DNA of 61,906 nucleotides, the filler included, from Callorhinchus milii (Eukaryota), in the NCBI RefSeq assembly GCF_018977255.1. It is 2 parts of 2 records of this genome, joined end to end, with 100 filler letters (N's around TTAATTAATTAA, not from the genome) between each part and the next. Parts side by side here need not be neighbours in the genome. Positions count along the whole stretch, not along the records: positions 1 to 30,936 come from NW_024705623.1; 1 more part is not named here. One strand, given 5' to 3'. Within the stretch, counting starts at the first letter, position 1. Every line of letters begins with the position of its first letter. Position numbers and translations under genes: made by a program. Below are positions 1 to 12,671 of this stretch, piece by piece. Below the pieces are notes generated by a model. It was not told the DNA's origin and did not search any database. It saw only the letters and a list, made by a program, of their open reading frames with translations.

Positions 1-473
1 TCTGTATGTTGTCGTATCCTAAAATCTTGTAACTCAATTTCAACCGTATTCCCAATGTCGTATCGACTGTAAACTTGGTGTAAGTGTGTCATACTGATGA
101 CAATACTATATTCTATCATTAACATTTTTAAATATATTTTTAAACAATCTTTTTAACGGCTCTAATTGTCCACGCTCAACTCACGTTGCCTGTAAATCAC
201 CACGTGGTCCCTTACGTCACGGCAAGCCTCGGGGAGCTACGCCCAGGGCGGGGCATGTGGAAGAAGGAGAGGGGAGATGGGGAAGGGGGCAGGGGGAGGG
301 GCAGCTCGGACAGTACATTTCATTAAAGCGTGTTTAAAAAAAGTATTTTTTGATATTTATTTTTAATATATTAATTGGCTTTTTTGTGTTTAGTTTGTTG
401 TCTCTTCCCGCGCCTCTGATTAGCACCGTTGGTTACGTACGGTGCGAAAAAAAAATTCAACATACTGTACATA

Positions 474-578
474 TTTCGATTTAAAGCTTTCGTGACTGCA
501 GGGATTCATCTTCTTTATGTTTTATTTTATTATTTTATTATTTCCATTCTACGTGACTTTACCGAAAGAACCAAGAAG
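474..578. mobile_element. Short Penelope pLTR-end insertion (inverted tail plus plus-strand end)
   Basis: Contains the family motifs gctttcgtgactgcagggattc and ctacgtgactttaccgaaagaaccaag. Flanked by atactgtacata (462-473) and atactgcacata (579-590), a TSD-like pair. Confidence 0.7.
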
Positions 579-731
579 ATACTGCACATAGGTATATGAA
601 GAGTAGAGAGAGGGAGAAGGAGGAGGGGAGTTCCGAGTGTGGAGTCTGCTGGAGTGTGTGTGACCTGCTGCCGTGTTACCAGTGGCTCATCAAAAAGAGA
701 CCTTTGCCAATGATTTAAATACAAAACATTA

Positions 732-916
732 ATAGATCACGACGTTTCGATCGCAAAACACAAGCAACCGTCACGGGTGGGACAAAAACAGCGTGAGAAC
801 TGCCGACGTAGTTCTGCTGTGTTTGTTTCACCTGATGACGGTTGCTTGTGTTGTGATAGAAACGTCGTGATCTATTGATTTTCTATATACGTGACTTTAC
901 CGAAAGAACCAAAGAG
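732..916. mobile_element. Palindromic Penelope pLTR-derived insertion
   Basis: Imperfect inverted arms (~731-792 and ~816-876) followed by the cgtgactttaccgaaagaacc end. Flanked by tacaaaacatta and tataaaacatta. Confidence 0.7.
828..870 (+). ncRNA. Minimal type I hammerhead ribozyme (PLE-associated)
   Basis: tcac-CTGATGA-c-ggttgc-loop-gtgata-GAAAC-GTC-gtga. Stem I is tcac/gtga; stem II is imperfect. Confidence 0.65.
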
Positions 917-1153
917 TATAAAACATTACGTACAGATTACGTGCTAATTAAGTCGTACACGCAATTATGCACATGAAGTAAAAGTACAAAACGTGGACCA
1001 TTTTAACATAAGTGAGACTAACCAAATAACAGTTTGGCCCATCATTTAATGAAAGCAAATTGCTGGCACCAGATATCTATACACAATTCACACATTCTCG
1101 ACCACGAGCAGACGAGCCAAGCTAAAGTACTGGGTGATGTGCATGTTGCTTAC

Positions 1154-1286
1154 CCGATTCTATATAAAATCCTCCGCAGGGGACACCAGCTCGAAATAAA
1201 CCGTGGTGTCGTTGGATGTAAAGGTTGTGACCAAGGTATCTTGAGGCAGCTCTTCCGAGATTGTAATTGTCGTTGAAGCCGGAGCC
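1154..1286 (-). pseudogene. Possible cadherin-repeat-like exon with a frameshift or stop near its 3' end
   Basis: Bounded by ttag| and |gtaagc. Translates APASTTITISEELPQDTLVTTFTSNDTTVYFELVSPAE, resembling the cadherin xIxExxPxxTxV pattern. In-frame TAG just before the donor. Confidence 0.3.
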
Positions 1287-4200
1287 CTAATAAAAGATTT
1301 AAATTGAACAAAATGCGAATTTCAACGATTGTACAACTTGAACATTTCCACGAATACCCTAAAAACTAAAACATAACATTTTCACTCGAAATTCACAATT
1401 AGGACATGCGAAAGTTGCAATATATGACTCAATACATTTAAAAACAGAGATTAGAATGGAATTACAGTTCGTATAATGTTCATCAGAGAAAACTTTTTGT
1501 TATTTGTACATGTAAATACTTTAATACTGCACAAATTAAATATATGACCTGTACTATTACTAAATAATACTTCTCAGCCCTCTGTAATTCCACTGCTTGA
1601 TGAAGGGCTCCCTAAACTGTGTCACTCATGGGAGTTGTGTAGGGGAGGAGTGGCTCAGACATCACTCGTCACTGATGTTAGCCATGGCCAGGAGTCTAGT
1701 TTAGGGCTTCCAGATTCGCAGCACAGTATGCAAACCAACTAAGCTACTGCTACCGCTATTTCTTCCTCATTATCTACACAAAAAACATACATTCAGTACA
1801 TGGCACTTATAGCGCGGGGCACACGTGTATATTTTATATGCACGTAATACATGTTTTTTGGAGATATTTAGATGATCCTAGCATTGTTTACACAATTTAA
1901 ATTGTACTAACAGCAGTGGATTGAATCGGACAACTACTGCATGGTAATTGTGTTCTATTTACGGTGAATAATTAAATACCGGTGCAAACGGACCCAATTA
2001 GGACACACATGGACGTGTGCAAATCCCCTCCTCGCTGTGCTCCACTCGTCCAAAAAAACCTAGCACGTAAAAATTGTATTTCCAAATATAAAATTCCTGT
2101 AATGCTGGCATTTGTCCACCATTACTTCAAAGTTCTTTCCCGAGGGCAAGTCCATAATTCAAGCTCCCTTTGTCCCTAGCGATTATACTCCATCAGTTCG
2201 CAACGCCACGCTCGATGTTACGGTTCTTGAGACGTAACGAGGTAAAGGAGCGATGTCATGGTTTTTCCCCTTGCCTCCTTCAACAGTGTTTTTTTTAAGG
2301 TCACACACTCACCGGATGCTGTTTAAGTTCAGCCCCAAGACGATAACGTCCCTTTTTTCATATAACAACATATGACAAATGTTATGACAGGATTAGTTTA
2401 TACGTTGTTGGAGCGGAGACGGTCGCCTTCACGCGGTACTCCATGTTAAGCCCCCAGCACAACGAGTACCATCAGCAAGGTGAACCCCAATGATGGAAGA
2501 CAGCCCCTCAGTTGGAACGGCAACCACATTAACCAAATCATTGGTGATGCTGTTGCATTGGCACGTGGTGCACGAAAACCATTGACAACGAAACCCAACG
2601 CGTCCATTAATAATACTGTGGCCTTAAAAGAACAAAACATTGCCTGAAACATCACCTATTATAGATGTTTTTTTTAAGGTCATTGATATTGACTATTATG
2701 AGTTATTTTACTATTTTCGATAGGTTAGTGCCTCATGTACATTGATTGTCTCTGCTTTGGCTGCAGCAAGGAAAATGTCTATCTCCTAATACTTGGCTTA
2801 TGATTACTAATATTTATTGTCTTGTGAGGAAATTAGTTGCAAATCATACGTGAATCCTGGTGGTTCATCTTTTGAATCCATAATGATTATTGACACAGAT
2901 CCATTGCATGAGAGGCCCTTTGAGTCATTGACAAAAATTTGCAGCAAATAATTCTGAAAAGGTGGAAAAAAACAGTTAGCAACAGATGCAGATCCTTGCT
3001 GATAATGCGTAAAAACTAAAATATCTTCAGCAATGTGAGATGATAAAAGTTAAGTTACAATTACCTTAATACGTGGTAGTATTTTTTATTCAATTAACAG
3101 GTAGTTCAGATACTGTGTTACTTTCACATATGTTACAATCTGCAATGAAACTTTGTATTATGATATTCTGCAGTTACATTATATATCAAGTAATTTTTGG
3201 ACTGCATGTTAACACTGAGCAACACATACTGTATGCCACATGACCAATGTTATGCTTTCTTCTGACAAGATAGAACATTTTAGATTTTCCAGTCGAGTTG
3301 CATTGGCACTGAAATTTAAATGCTGCCATTACAGTTCAAATTACTATATTGTTCATAATGAGTAACTGAATTGTTAGCATCACTCCAGTAAATGTTTGTT
3401 TTATTTTTTTCACCTTGGTTATAATCTAAAATGTAGTAAGTGTCTCATTAGGAATGGTATGGCAGTGAATACAGTGCTATACAAACATGAATTGGCTTAA
3501 TGATTATATTTTAAAATATATTATAAAATTATGCAATGTCTGTCACGTCACGTGAGGAAAGATTTAACACGTCAACTTCTTGTGATGAGCAATGCTATAT
3601 GTTGTGTCAGAAGAAAATTGTCCCAGAAGACGATGTCACAGAGCTACCCATGAAGCCGATGGAACAAGGCCGCTTTAGCAGCTTTTTCATGGCCTGGAAA
3701 TAATGTTTACCGAATTATAACAGCACCAAAATGTTGAGTTTTTACTGCTATAAAATATCAGATGGATCAAATGTAATAATTATATTTTCGTAGTCATTCA
3801 TGACTTGACTGAGACCATCAACTCACTGCACATGAGGACGGACGGTTTAAATAAAGGTGGTTACCTGGATTTAAATCCAAGATCTAAGCGATGTCAGATA
3901 CATAATCTGACATTGTATTAGACCCTTAGCCATCCAGCTTCTGAAGGGTAAACTATTTTGGAAGCATAATTAACAGAGGGTGTTGGTGGGGGAGGCGGAC
4001 GGAAACAGCATTTGTGTTCAATAATTGGTAAGGTGTTAGAATTTGACTGACCTTGTCGACTTCATAGTCGAAGCCAGTGGCTGGGACCCTGATAACACCG
4101 TTGAGCTTATTAAATTGTAGCCGTGTAGCACCACTTGCTGGAACGACTGATAACCAGGTGAACTAGGGAAAAAGTCCAATATCAGTTTCTGATTACGTTT

Positions 4201-6516
4201 TAAAAGGATATCTTGATCAAGCAAGGTAAACGAGAAACAGCATTTAGCAATGTGTCATGGGATTCCTCCATCAATGCAAAACACATTAGAAACATTTTCA
4301 CGTGTGCAGTTTTAAAGATTATTACATTTATAAACCATTCCAAGGTTTTCTTTTTTTTAAAGAAATGTTTCTGGGGTACACTAATCCGAAATGTCCATTG
4401 GTTGTTGGGACATTATTTCATTTTGGGGATCAAACAAATGCGATAAATGTTTTTGTGCCGAACTACAAACCACCGAGAAAGTCCCCATACAATTTCAATA
4501 TTCCCTTTATTTTAAATGTGTTTCACAGTTTAGCTGGCGTATTCAGGTTTCTTCAATCACCATTCTGCCTGTTTACCCAGTACTAATTACAGTTCAATGC
4601 TTTAATTCGTGACCTCGTATAGCCCGCTGAGATGGCAGTGGGCGGCAGACAACTTGATGGTACGCGCAGGAGAAGGTGAGATGGCGATGCTGTGAATGTT
4701 CCTTTTCTGGAGCGGCGCTGAGAAGGGCGATGACGACGATGACCGAGGATGGCGGTTTATGATTATTGGTGATGATGGCAATGACAGTGGCAGAATAGAG
4801 AGACACACACACACGGAGGGACACAGAGTGGCACATTGAGACGGCGAAAAAAATAACAGCAATGCAGGGAATGTGACAGAAAGACAGGAAAAAGACACGG
4901 AGAGACAACGGAAGAGCAAAAAGATATATAGATAGGACGAGGAACAGACATATACACAGACACGCAGGGAAATGTGGATGGACAACTCTAGAACATCAAA
5001 GTCGAGAAGAGGCTAAAAGAGACGTATAGTGAGACACGGAGAGGCAAATACCGAGACGTGGAGAGACACACGTGGACACGAAGTGAAAGGGAGCGACATG
5101 GAGAGGTCCATTCAAAATCCGTACTTTGCATGTGCGGCAGTGATATCTAGCAAGTGGGGGTGCAATTAATTACCGACACAAACCTCCATTGGTTAGCACG
5201 GTAAGTGTCCCTTGAGAGCAGGGAGTCTCCTATTCATGCGATAGTGTGAGCACTCTGTGGCAGCATGGCAAGCACTTTTTGCACTTGGGGTCCTTACAGT
5301 TAACGTGTCACCAGCATCCTGGTCAGTGGCTGGCACCCGATAGATGACCGCGTTGGGTTGTTCATCCTCTCGAACGCGAATCGTAGCTCCTTAACATTAC
5401 AACGTGCAAGCCATGGGGTAGAATCAGTGTATTTTCAAACGTACACATGTATATGATTGCTATCATCGGCAGCCATGATCCATCCACTGTTGGATGAAGG
5501 CTTCTCCAAGCCATTGGAATCTCACCATGTGACCGTATGGTGAGGATACCCATCTGACATGGGGTGCACGTCTCACACGATACATATGAAACAAACATTT
5601 GTTATAATTATTTTAATACTTTGAGTTCGGGTTAAGTAGTGGTACAGTGGTCAGCGCAAGTGTGTTACAAACCCAGCGACCAGAGTTCTATTCTCAGCCA
5701 CAGCTGATATCAGTTGCGAGTGATTTAAAACTGCTGTTTGTTCTTCGTTCACAAACACACACTGATCAGTATGGTGAAGTATGGTGAAACAACCTTTACG
5801 ACTGACAAGGTATTAGGATGTCTTCATCCAGCACTGGATTTACAATGAGCTTCAAGTTAAAAGTTATTCTAATTCTACATGAAGGCTTCCACGACCAATA
5901 TTGAGATCGTGTAAGTAGGATGTTGTTGTATACCCTCCTCCGCCCGACACAGCTGATTAATGTCACGTGAACAATCGTGCCAATGTATTACTGCTTCAGC
6001 ACACGGATGTTGGAGAGCAATTCATAGCAACATTTAATAATTGGGTTCGTCGATTCGCCGGTAGTTACGACCAGCATCATCAGGCAGTTACCATAAATTG
6101 TGAAAATGTCCTCCAGTCGCGGGCTGTAAATTAGCTGGTGAGATGGCATGAATGTGCGCCTACTATGCAGCAGCAATTAGCAGGAACTGAATAAAAATGT
6201 AATGTGATGTAATTGATTATCTTAGATATGCTCATTTTAAATACACATTTCCGTGGTGATACAGGTCAGTCATAGTTACTTAATTTATACTCGTTACTAT
6301 ACCTAATATTATTGCTACAATATTATATTTTAAACATATTTGTTTATTTTCATTAATCGGTGGCACTTGCTGAAATTGTACGCAACTGAAAAACAAAAAA
6401 TAACAAGTGTATGAATCATTGATTAATATTGTTCACAGAATACATCTAGGTTTGCAATTGCTGCAAGTTTGTGAATTTAAGTGTGGCACATTAGGAATGG
6501 ATCACTCTTTAAATGA

Positions 6517-8033
6517 CAGTGAGGGAAAAAAGTATTTGATCCCCTGCTGATTTTGTACGTTTGCCCACTGACAAAGAAATGATCAGTCTATAATTTTAAT
6601 GGTAGGTTTATTTGAACAGTGAGAGACAGAATAACAACAAAAATCCAGAAAAACGCATGTCAAAAATGTTATAAATTGATTTGCATTTTAATGAGGGAAA
6701 TAAGTATTTGACCCCTCTGCAAAACATGACTTAGTACTTGGTGGCAAAACCCTTGTTGGCAATCACAGAGGTCAGACGTTTCTTGTAGTTGGCCACCAGG
6801 TTTGCACACATCTCAGGAGGGATTTTGTCCCACTCCTCTTTGCAGATCTTCTCCTTCAGCTCCCTCCACAGATTTTCTATGGGATTAAGGTCTGGAGACT
6901 GGCTAGGCCACTCCAGGACCTTAATGTGCTTCTTCTTGAGCCACTCCTTTGTTGCCTTGGCCGTGTGTTTTGGGTCATTGTCATGCTGGAATACCCATCC
7001 ACGACCCATTTTCAATGCCCTGGCTGAGGGAAGGAGGTTCTCACCCAAGATTTGACGGTACATGGCCCCGTCCATCGTCCCTTTGATGCGGTGAAGTTGT
7101 CCTGTCCCCTTAGCAGAAAAACACCCCCAAAGCATAATGTTTCCACCTCCATGTTTGACGGTGGGGATGGTGTTCTTGGGGTCATAGGCAGCATTCCTCC
7201 TCCTCCAAACACGGCGAGTTGAGTTGATGCCAAAGAGCTCCATTTTGGTCTCATCTGACCACAACACTTTCACCCAGTTGTCCTCTGAATCATTCAGATG
7301 TTCATTGGCAAACTTCAGACGGGCATGTATATGTGCTTTCTTGAGCAGGGGGACCTTGCGGGCGCTGCAGGATTTCAGTCCTTCACGGCGTAGTGTGTTA
7401 CCAACTGTTTTCTTGGTGACTATGGTCCCAGCTGCCTTGAGATCATTGACAAGATCCTCCCGTGTAGTTCTGGGCTGATTCCTCACCGTTCTCATGATCA
7501 TTGCAACTCCACGAGGTGAGATCTTGCATGGAGCCCCAGGCCGAGGGAGATTGACAGTTCTTTTGTGTTTCTTCCATTTGCGAATAATCGCACCAACTGT
7601 TGTCACCTTCTCACCAAGCTGCTTGGCGATGGTCTTGTAGCCCATTCCAGCCTTGTGTAGGTCTACAATCTTGTCCCTGACATCCTTGGAGAGCTCTTTG
7701 GTCTTGGCCATGGTGGAGAGTTTGGAATCTGATTGATTGATTGCTTCTGTGAACAGGTGTCTTTTATACAGGTAACAAGCTGAGATTAGGAGCACTCCCT
7801 TTAAGAGTGTGGGAGCCAGAAATCTTTCTGATTGAGAGGGGGTCAAATACTTATTTCCCTCATTAAAATGCAAATCAATTTATAACATTTTTGACATGCG
7901 TTTTTCTGGATTTTTTGTTGTTATTCTGTCTCTCACTGTTCAAATAAACCTACCATTAAAATTATAGACTGATCATTTCTTTGTCAGTGGGCAAACGTAC
8001 AAAATCAGCAGGGGATCAACTTTTTCCTCACTG
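6517..8033 (-). mobile_element. Tc1/mariner IR/DR-type DNA transposon, near full length
   Basis: ~200-bp TIRs (6517-~6718 and ~7836-8033) starting CAGTG, with outer and inner direct repeats (gagggaaaaaagtatttgatcccct / gagggaaataagtatttgacccct). TA follows the right end. Confidence 0.95.
6731..7711 (-). CDS. Tc1 DD34E transposase, 326 aa from [10 protein letters not shown]
   Basis: Paired-like HTH N-terminus plus [15 protein letters not shown] and [11 protein letters not shown] motifs. The ORF-track start at 7873 lies inside the TIR, so the ATG at 7711 is preferred. Confidence 0.93.
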   Translation of the reverse strand: MAKTKELSKDVRDKIVDLHKAGMGYKTIAKQLGEKVTTVGAIIRKWKKHKRTVNLPRPGAPCKISPRGVAMIMRTVRNQPRTTREDLVNDLKAAGTIVTKKTVGNTLRREGLKSCSARKVPLLKKAHIHARLKFANEHLNDSEDNWVKVLWSDETKMELFGINSTRRVWRRRNAAYDPKNTIPTVKHGGGNIMLWGCFSAKGTGQLHRIKGTMDGAMYRQILGENLLPSARALKMGRGWVFQHDNDPKHTAKATKEWLKKKHIKVLEWPSQSPDLNPIENLWRELKEKICKEEWDKIPPEMCANLVANYKKRLTSVIANKGFATKY

Positions 8034-8929
8034 TATCCGATCATGTCCGTGCGACGACAATGCGCTCCGTTTCACCGGGATCGCCCGGCATCCCCACTCG
8101 GCCCAGCCTCGTGGAAATAAACAGCCAATCGCGTGGCGGCGGCGGTGGCGGTGTGGACAGCAGTGGCAGCGGCCTCGCTGACCACCAGCAGGAAGGCAGC
8201 ATGGATCAGGAGGCGCCGGGTGAGAGAGGGCCACGGCATAAGCCTCAACGCCGCGCCGTAGGGGTTTTGGGATTACAATGAAACTCTTTAAGTGCTTTTC
8301 TTTTCCATAAGCCGGTGCGCCAGGCTCGTGTTCGTTTTTAACAAGTGCCTTAAAGGACAAAGAACATGGCCGGCACGCTGAGATCCTGTGTTACAAATCA
8401 GGTCGTTGCTTGTGCTTAAACCGGGATATCAAGTGTAATGGAATTGATAGTTCCAGCACCGTCATCAATGACTGCACGAAAAAAATATCATCACATTAAA
8501 TTTGCTTCTGCACTTAATTAAGATATATTCTAGCTCTTCAATAATTACTGGTTTGACTGTCATACAACGAACATTCCTCTCAGCGGCAGGGCAAGTGGGA
8601 AAGGTATTGCCCCTACTCTCTGGACTTCAGAGGTAGCACTGGGATATCCACTTCTGTGGGCTGTTCTCGGGGGTTGAAGTGCTGTGCGAGAAATCCAAAT
8701 GGCTTTTGTGTTTTATGATGCGACACAATGGTAAAACGGGGGCGAGGGGCCGTGGGGGAGGGGGGGAATAAAAATTGTACGGTGAATAAAACCAGTAGCA
8801 GCCAGCAAGAAGCAAAATGGATGCAGTGTGGTGGCTTGGCTGAGTGTGTGAATAAGTGTCGACAGACACGCACACGCCATGGCCCGGTAAACGGGACAAA
8901 GTGAGACAAAGTGGGGAATGCACTTGCAC

Positions 8930-9092
8930 CAACGCACGCACGCGCGCGCGCACGCACGCACATGCATACACACACATTCATGCATACACGCAGGGATGCA
9001 AACACATACATACATACAAATACACACACATGCACAGACGCACGCGCGCGCCGCACCCACACATACATGCACGCGCGCACACACACGCACTC
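8930..9092. repeat. (CA)n/(CG)n-rich low-complexity microsatellite
   Basis: Degenerate cacg/cata/caca repeats, which explain the overlapping spurious ORFs here. Confidence 0.85.
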
Positions 9093-10274
9093 ACCAGGGA
9101 CATGTCATCGCAGCAGGAGGCACAAGTGCAGGAGGCAGCGTGAGGGGTGAGCAGCCCATCCTGCACAACAATGACAGGGCCACATCAAAGAGGGGCGGTT
9201 AGCCGATCGTTGCTCGGTCACTCACAGGGCTGAACAAAAGCGACTCTGCTTTGATGGAAGGCATGCGCTGTACTGCGCTGAAATAATTTGCACTTTAAAG
9301 TGTTATTTTAAAGTGCAGTTTTAGTTAAAAATGGAAGAGGTGGCGCGGTGGTTGGTGCACTGCGCTGTGAGCCTGGCAAGCGAGTTCGAATTTTCCCGGT
9401 GGCTAAAATCAGCAGCGAGCGGTGTCTGAACCGGTGATGGGCCATCCCATCTTCAAGAGCCCACAGTGACAAGCGTGGGTGAAGCATGGTAAAACGACCC
9501 CCAACACCGCATTGCATTTACGAAAAGGCTGCAACCTGTTGTCGAGTTATTATATTTTGTGTAAAGCTATGAGCACTCCAAAATTAACTTTTCCGACGGG
9601 TGTGAACCACGTTCACTCGTTGTGACTGGTGATAAAATCACCGCGGAAAACAGCCCGGGAGGTGCAGAGTCGCGGGACACGAGAGCAGACACGAATACCG
9701 CATGCACAGAATACAAAATGAAAGAATAAAGCATCTCTCAGAGCATCCCAAGCTCAAAACATTGCCGCATCATCAAACACCGGAATTGCTTCCACGAAGG
9801 CGCGGATTGTCTCTGGACCTCGGGGCAACTGTCAAAAAAAAATAATCACGTGATTAGTTTTATATATTTCTGTACTTCATACAAATTGCAATCTCACCAA
9901 TCGCTGAGGAAGCACAGAGAAGCTGGAAGGCTGCCAGGCGGTGAGCCGGCGCCAAAAATTGTTCTGCAGTTGGCTGAAACGTCTTAACGTTTTTGTGAGT
10001 GTTTAATTACAGAGCCGGGAGGAAACCGGAGCACCCTGAGAACACCCACGAATGTGAGGGGGCAACACTCTACAGTGGAGACAGATGATATTCAGTCCAC
10101 ACTTTGTTGTACTATGTTCTGCTGGCTACCAGTGTATAGCACCTCCTCCACGCCCACAGGACGACAGGCCAGCCACGTGCATACTCACCACCACCGCCGC
10201 CCGGTTGAAAAGGGCTGAACGGCCAACACAAGTGGCAATGCCACGGACTGGACAGTGCACCACAAAGACAAAGA

Positions 10275-10516
10275 TCCTCCGTATAGCCTTAAACAGACTT
10301 CTCGGGCAGGTGCTGTGAGCGAGCACACGAGGGGGTGGGTAGCCAACACCATGCCGACCACTTTTTGTCACCCATTGACGATGTTTACACACCACACCAG
10401 GTACTCATTTGAGGCTGAGTCGATCTAGGGGAGGCCCAGGACCGGAATAGAGCAGGAATCGAACCCGGGTCGGCAGGTTATAGCGCAGCATGCTAACCAC
10501 TACACTTCCGCCCCCA
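10275..10516 (-). mobile_element. tRNA-derived SINE
   Basis: Minus strand has A-box-like gtgtagtggttagc and B-box ggttcgattcc, then the body gatcgactcagcctcaaatgagtacctg shared with the copies at 49055 and 58222. Confidence 0.8.
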
Positions 10517-11269
10517 CACACGAACGTACACGCGCACACCGCTTGGAAAAGCTTTTTTTCTCCTGCCGAGAGCCATGTTGTCAAGCAGAAAACCAAGATC
10601 TCTCCTGTCGCCCGTGTTTCTGGAATACCGTCTCGCGCGCGGAGGCTTTTGACCCGCGTCACCTCTCAGCCACTGCCACGTTCACAACATTCGCAGCGAG
10701 CGATCCTAACAAACACGTGGTGCTGACTGTGATCGCTCACCGACTGCGTCGAGAGATTTCCCCACTCAGCTCCGCTCGTGCGCTGCGGTCGTGAGCAACG
10801 CTCCATTGCCAAGCTTGGATCGTTTTTATGAATGCTTCTCGAAATTAATTATGACGCCGGGTTCCGCGAGAGCTCGCTTTGGAGATTTAACGTCCCACTG
10901 TGCTGTACGCACATGCGTGCGCCACGCTAAGCTGCCACCCGTGCGCGATATCTGCCAGCAGACGCGCGCATGCTCGAGCCTCGTTGCATGATGCACGTAC
11001 AAAAGTGTTGTCATTTTGTCTGCTTTACATGGAACGAAAAGCAGCCAGCCTGCATTTTGTAGAATGGCCGTGTCTCTCCTTTCCAAGACTGTTTGATTTG
11101 AACGAACAGTTCATTTTCTATACGATTTTGTATTCGCCGGACTTGATGCACGCTTCAGTAAGCTCGAAATATTTGATGGGTCCCGTCAACTGTAAATCTG
11201 GCGCTATGGAAGGCGAAAAACAAAACATTCCATCTCTGCACACCGTCACAGATGTATTGTGACGTCTCT

Positions 11270-12235
11270 GAAAATGTCAAGTAAATGGCCATATTCTTTG
11301 GGTCTTTCGGTAAATGGCTGGGTGTACCTCTTCCAAAGGGACGGACGTAGAGTGGATGCCTGGATGGCATCTGTCTCAAAATTTTCCATGAAAACATTGG
11401 CTACAACCGGAGATTAGGGAGAACCCATTGGGTACCTTCAACTTGTTTGTAGAAAGTTCCATTCCAGGTGAAGTAAGTGTTGGTGAGGCAGTGTCTAATA
11501 ACCAGGGCCGGTACATCAGCATTCAGTCTTTGTTGGACCAAATCTTCAATGATTGCAATTGGTGTCAGGCACAGGAACTTTGCTAAACAAAGAAACTACA
11601 TTCAAAACTAACGAGCAAATTACCTGGAGATAGTGATGTCCTTAATTAACGATACCAAGTGAGCTGAGTTAAGTACAGCTGAGGTGGTCTCAGACAGAAA
11701 TCGGGCCAGTTTGTAGGTGGGTGACTCAATGGTGGAGACGATAGGACGGAGTGGTGTACCTTCTTTATGGATTTTTGTAAGCCATACAATCTGGGTGATC
11801 GAGCAGCAGAGGGTTTTAATGAAAAACCGCTCGTTGGTTCGATTAAAGATGTCGAATCGGTGATATTGTTGGTTTTCATAACGAGGCTGTTGGTGGGATC
11901 TCTTTTAATTTTAGTATAGCTACCATCATTAAGTAGGTCCTGAATTTTGTTATTGTACGTGGTTTTGTCCATGATGACTGTAGCATTGCCCTTGTTAGCT
12001 GAGAGGATGACGATGTCATCTCTCTTTTTAATTAAGAAAGCTCAAAGTGCTCATCCTTAATGATGTTGCTAATAGGTGCCTTAGAGTTTTTTAGGATTGT
12101 AGCGATGTCCGATCTTGCCACGTCTGCAGTAATCTGTCCCAATCCTTTGAGGGCTACGTCAACCTGGGAAATGATGTCATCAACTGGGATGTGTTTATGG
12201 GTGACTGCGAAATTGAATCATTTAGCTAGAACCTC
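11270..12235 (-). mobile_element. Penelope-like retroelement RT fragment, degenerate
   Basis: Peptides such as ANKGNATVIMDKTTYNNKI, PRLYGL and GSP-SPVVANVFME, with frameshifts. Similar to the copies at 52330-53600 and 60157-60600. Confidence 0.85.
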
Positions 12236-12641
12236 GTCGCAACGAGGTGGCTGTGTGGCTCAGAAATCAAGAGCCCTGAGCCGGTGCCGCTGAGCTCCTG
12301 GTTTGAATCCAAGCAGCTCTCAGCGGTAGGGTGAGTGGAAAGTGCTGCCCTGCTATGTGGATCTCAGCGGTGGCTCTGTGATATTTGTTTCTGTGGTCTG
12401 TTCTATAACTCGAAGGCCGCACTGCTCTGCCAGAGTTTCTAATAGACTTTGCCTTTGAGCATGGCATCCATTCCACAATTGGGACAAAACTGTGGTGGAG
12501 AATCTTTTTTTAAAAACAGAATAACATTTCAACAGTGTGAAGAATGCATTTCGGGTGAAAATAAAAATGGAGGTGCACTATATTCAAAAGCTAATCTTTT
12601 CAAAAACGGGTTGAGCACAAAATCTATAAGGACACGCGCTG

Positions 12642-12671
12642 NNNNNNNNNNNNNNNNNNNNNNNNNNNNNN
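12642..12671. other. Assembly gap (30 N)
   Basis: Run of N. Confidence 0.99.

Noticed and set aside
2400..2655. Hydrophobic, signal-peptide-like reading on the minus strand
   Set aside because: All frames hit stops between the candidate splice sites, and I see no recognisable homology.
4594..5110. Overlapping hydrophobic ORFs
   Set aside because: GA/CA low-complexity sequence with no domain signal.
7712..7873. N-terminal extension of the transposase ORF
   Set aside because: It runs through the 5' UTR and TIR; homology begins at MAKTKEL.
8613..9202. Overlapping Cys/Val/His/Thr-rich ORFs
   Set aside because: Translation of a (CA/TG) microsatellite.
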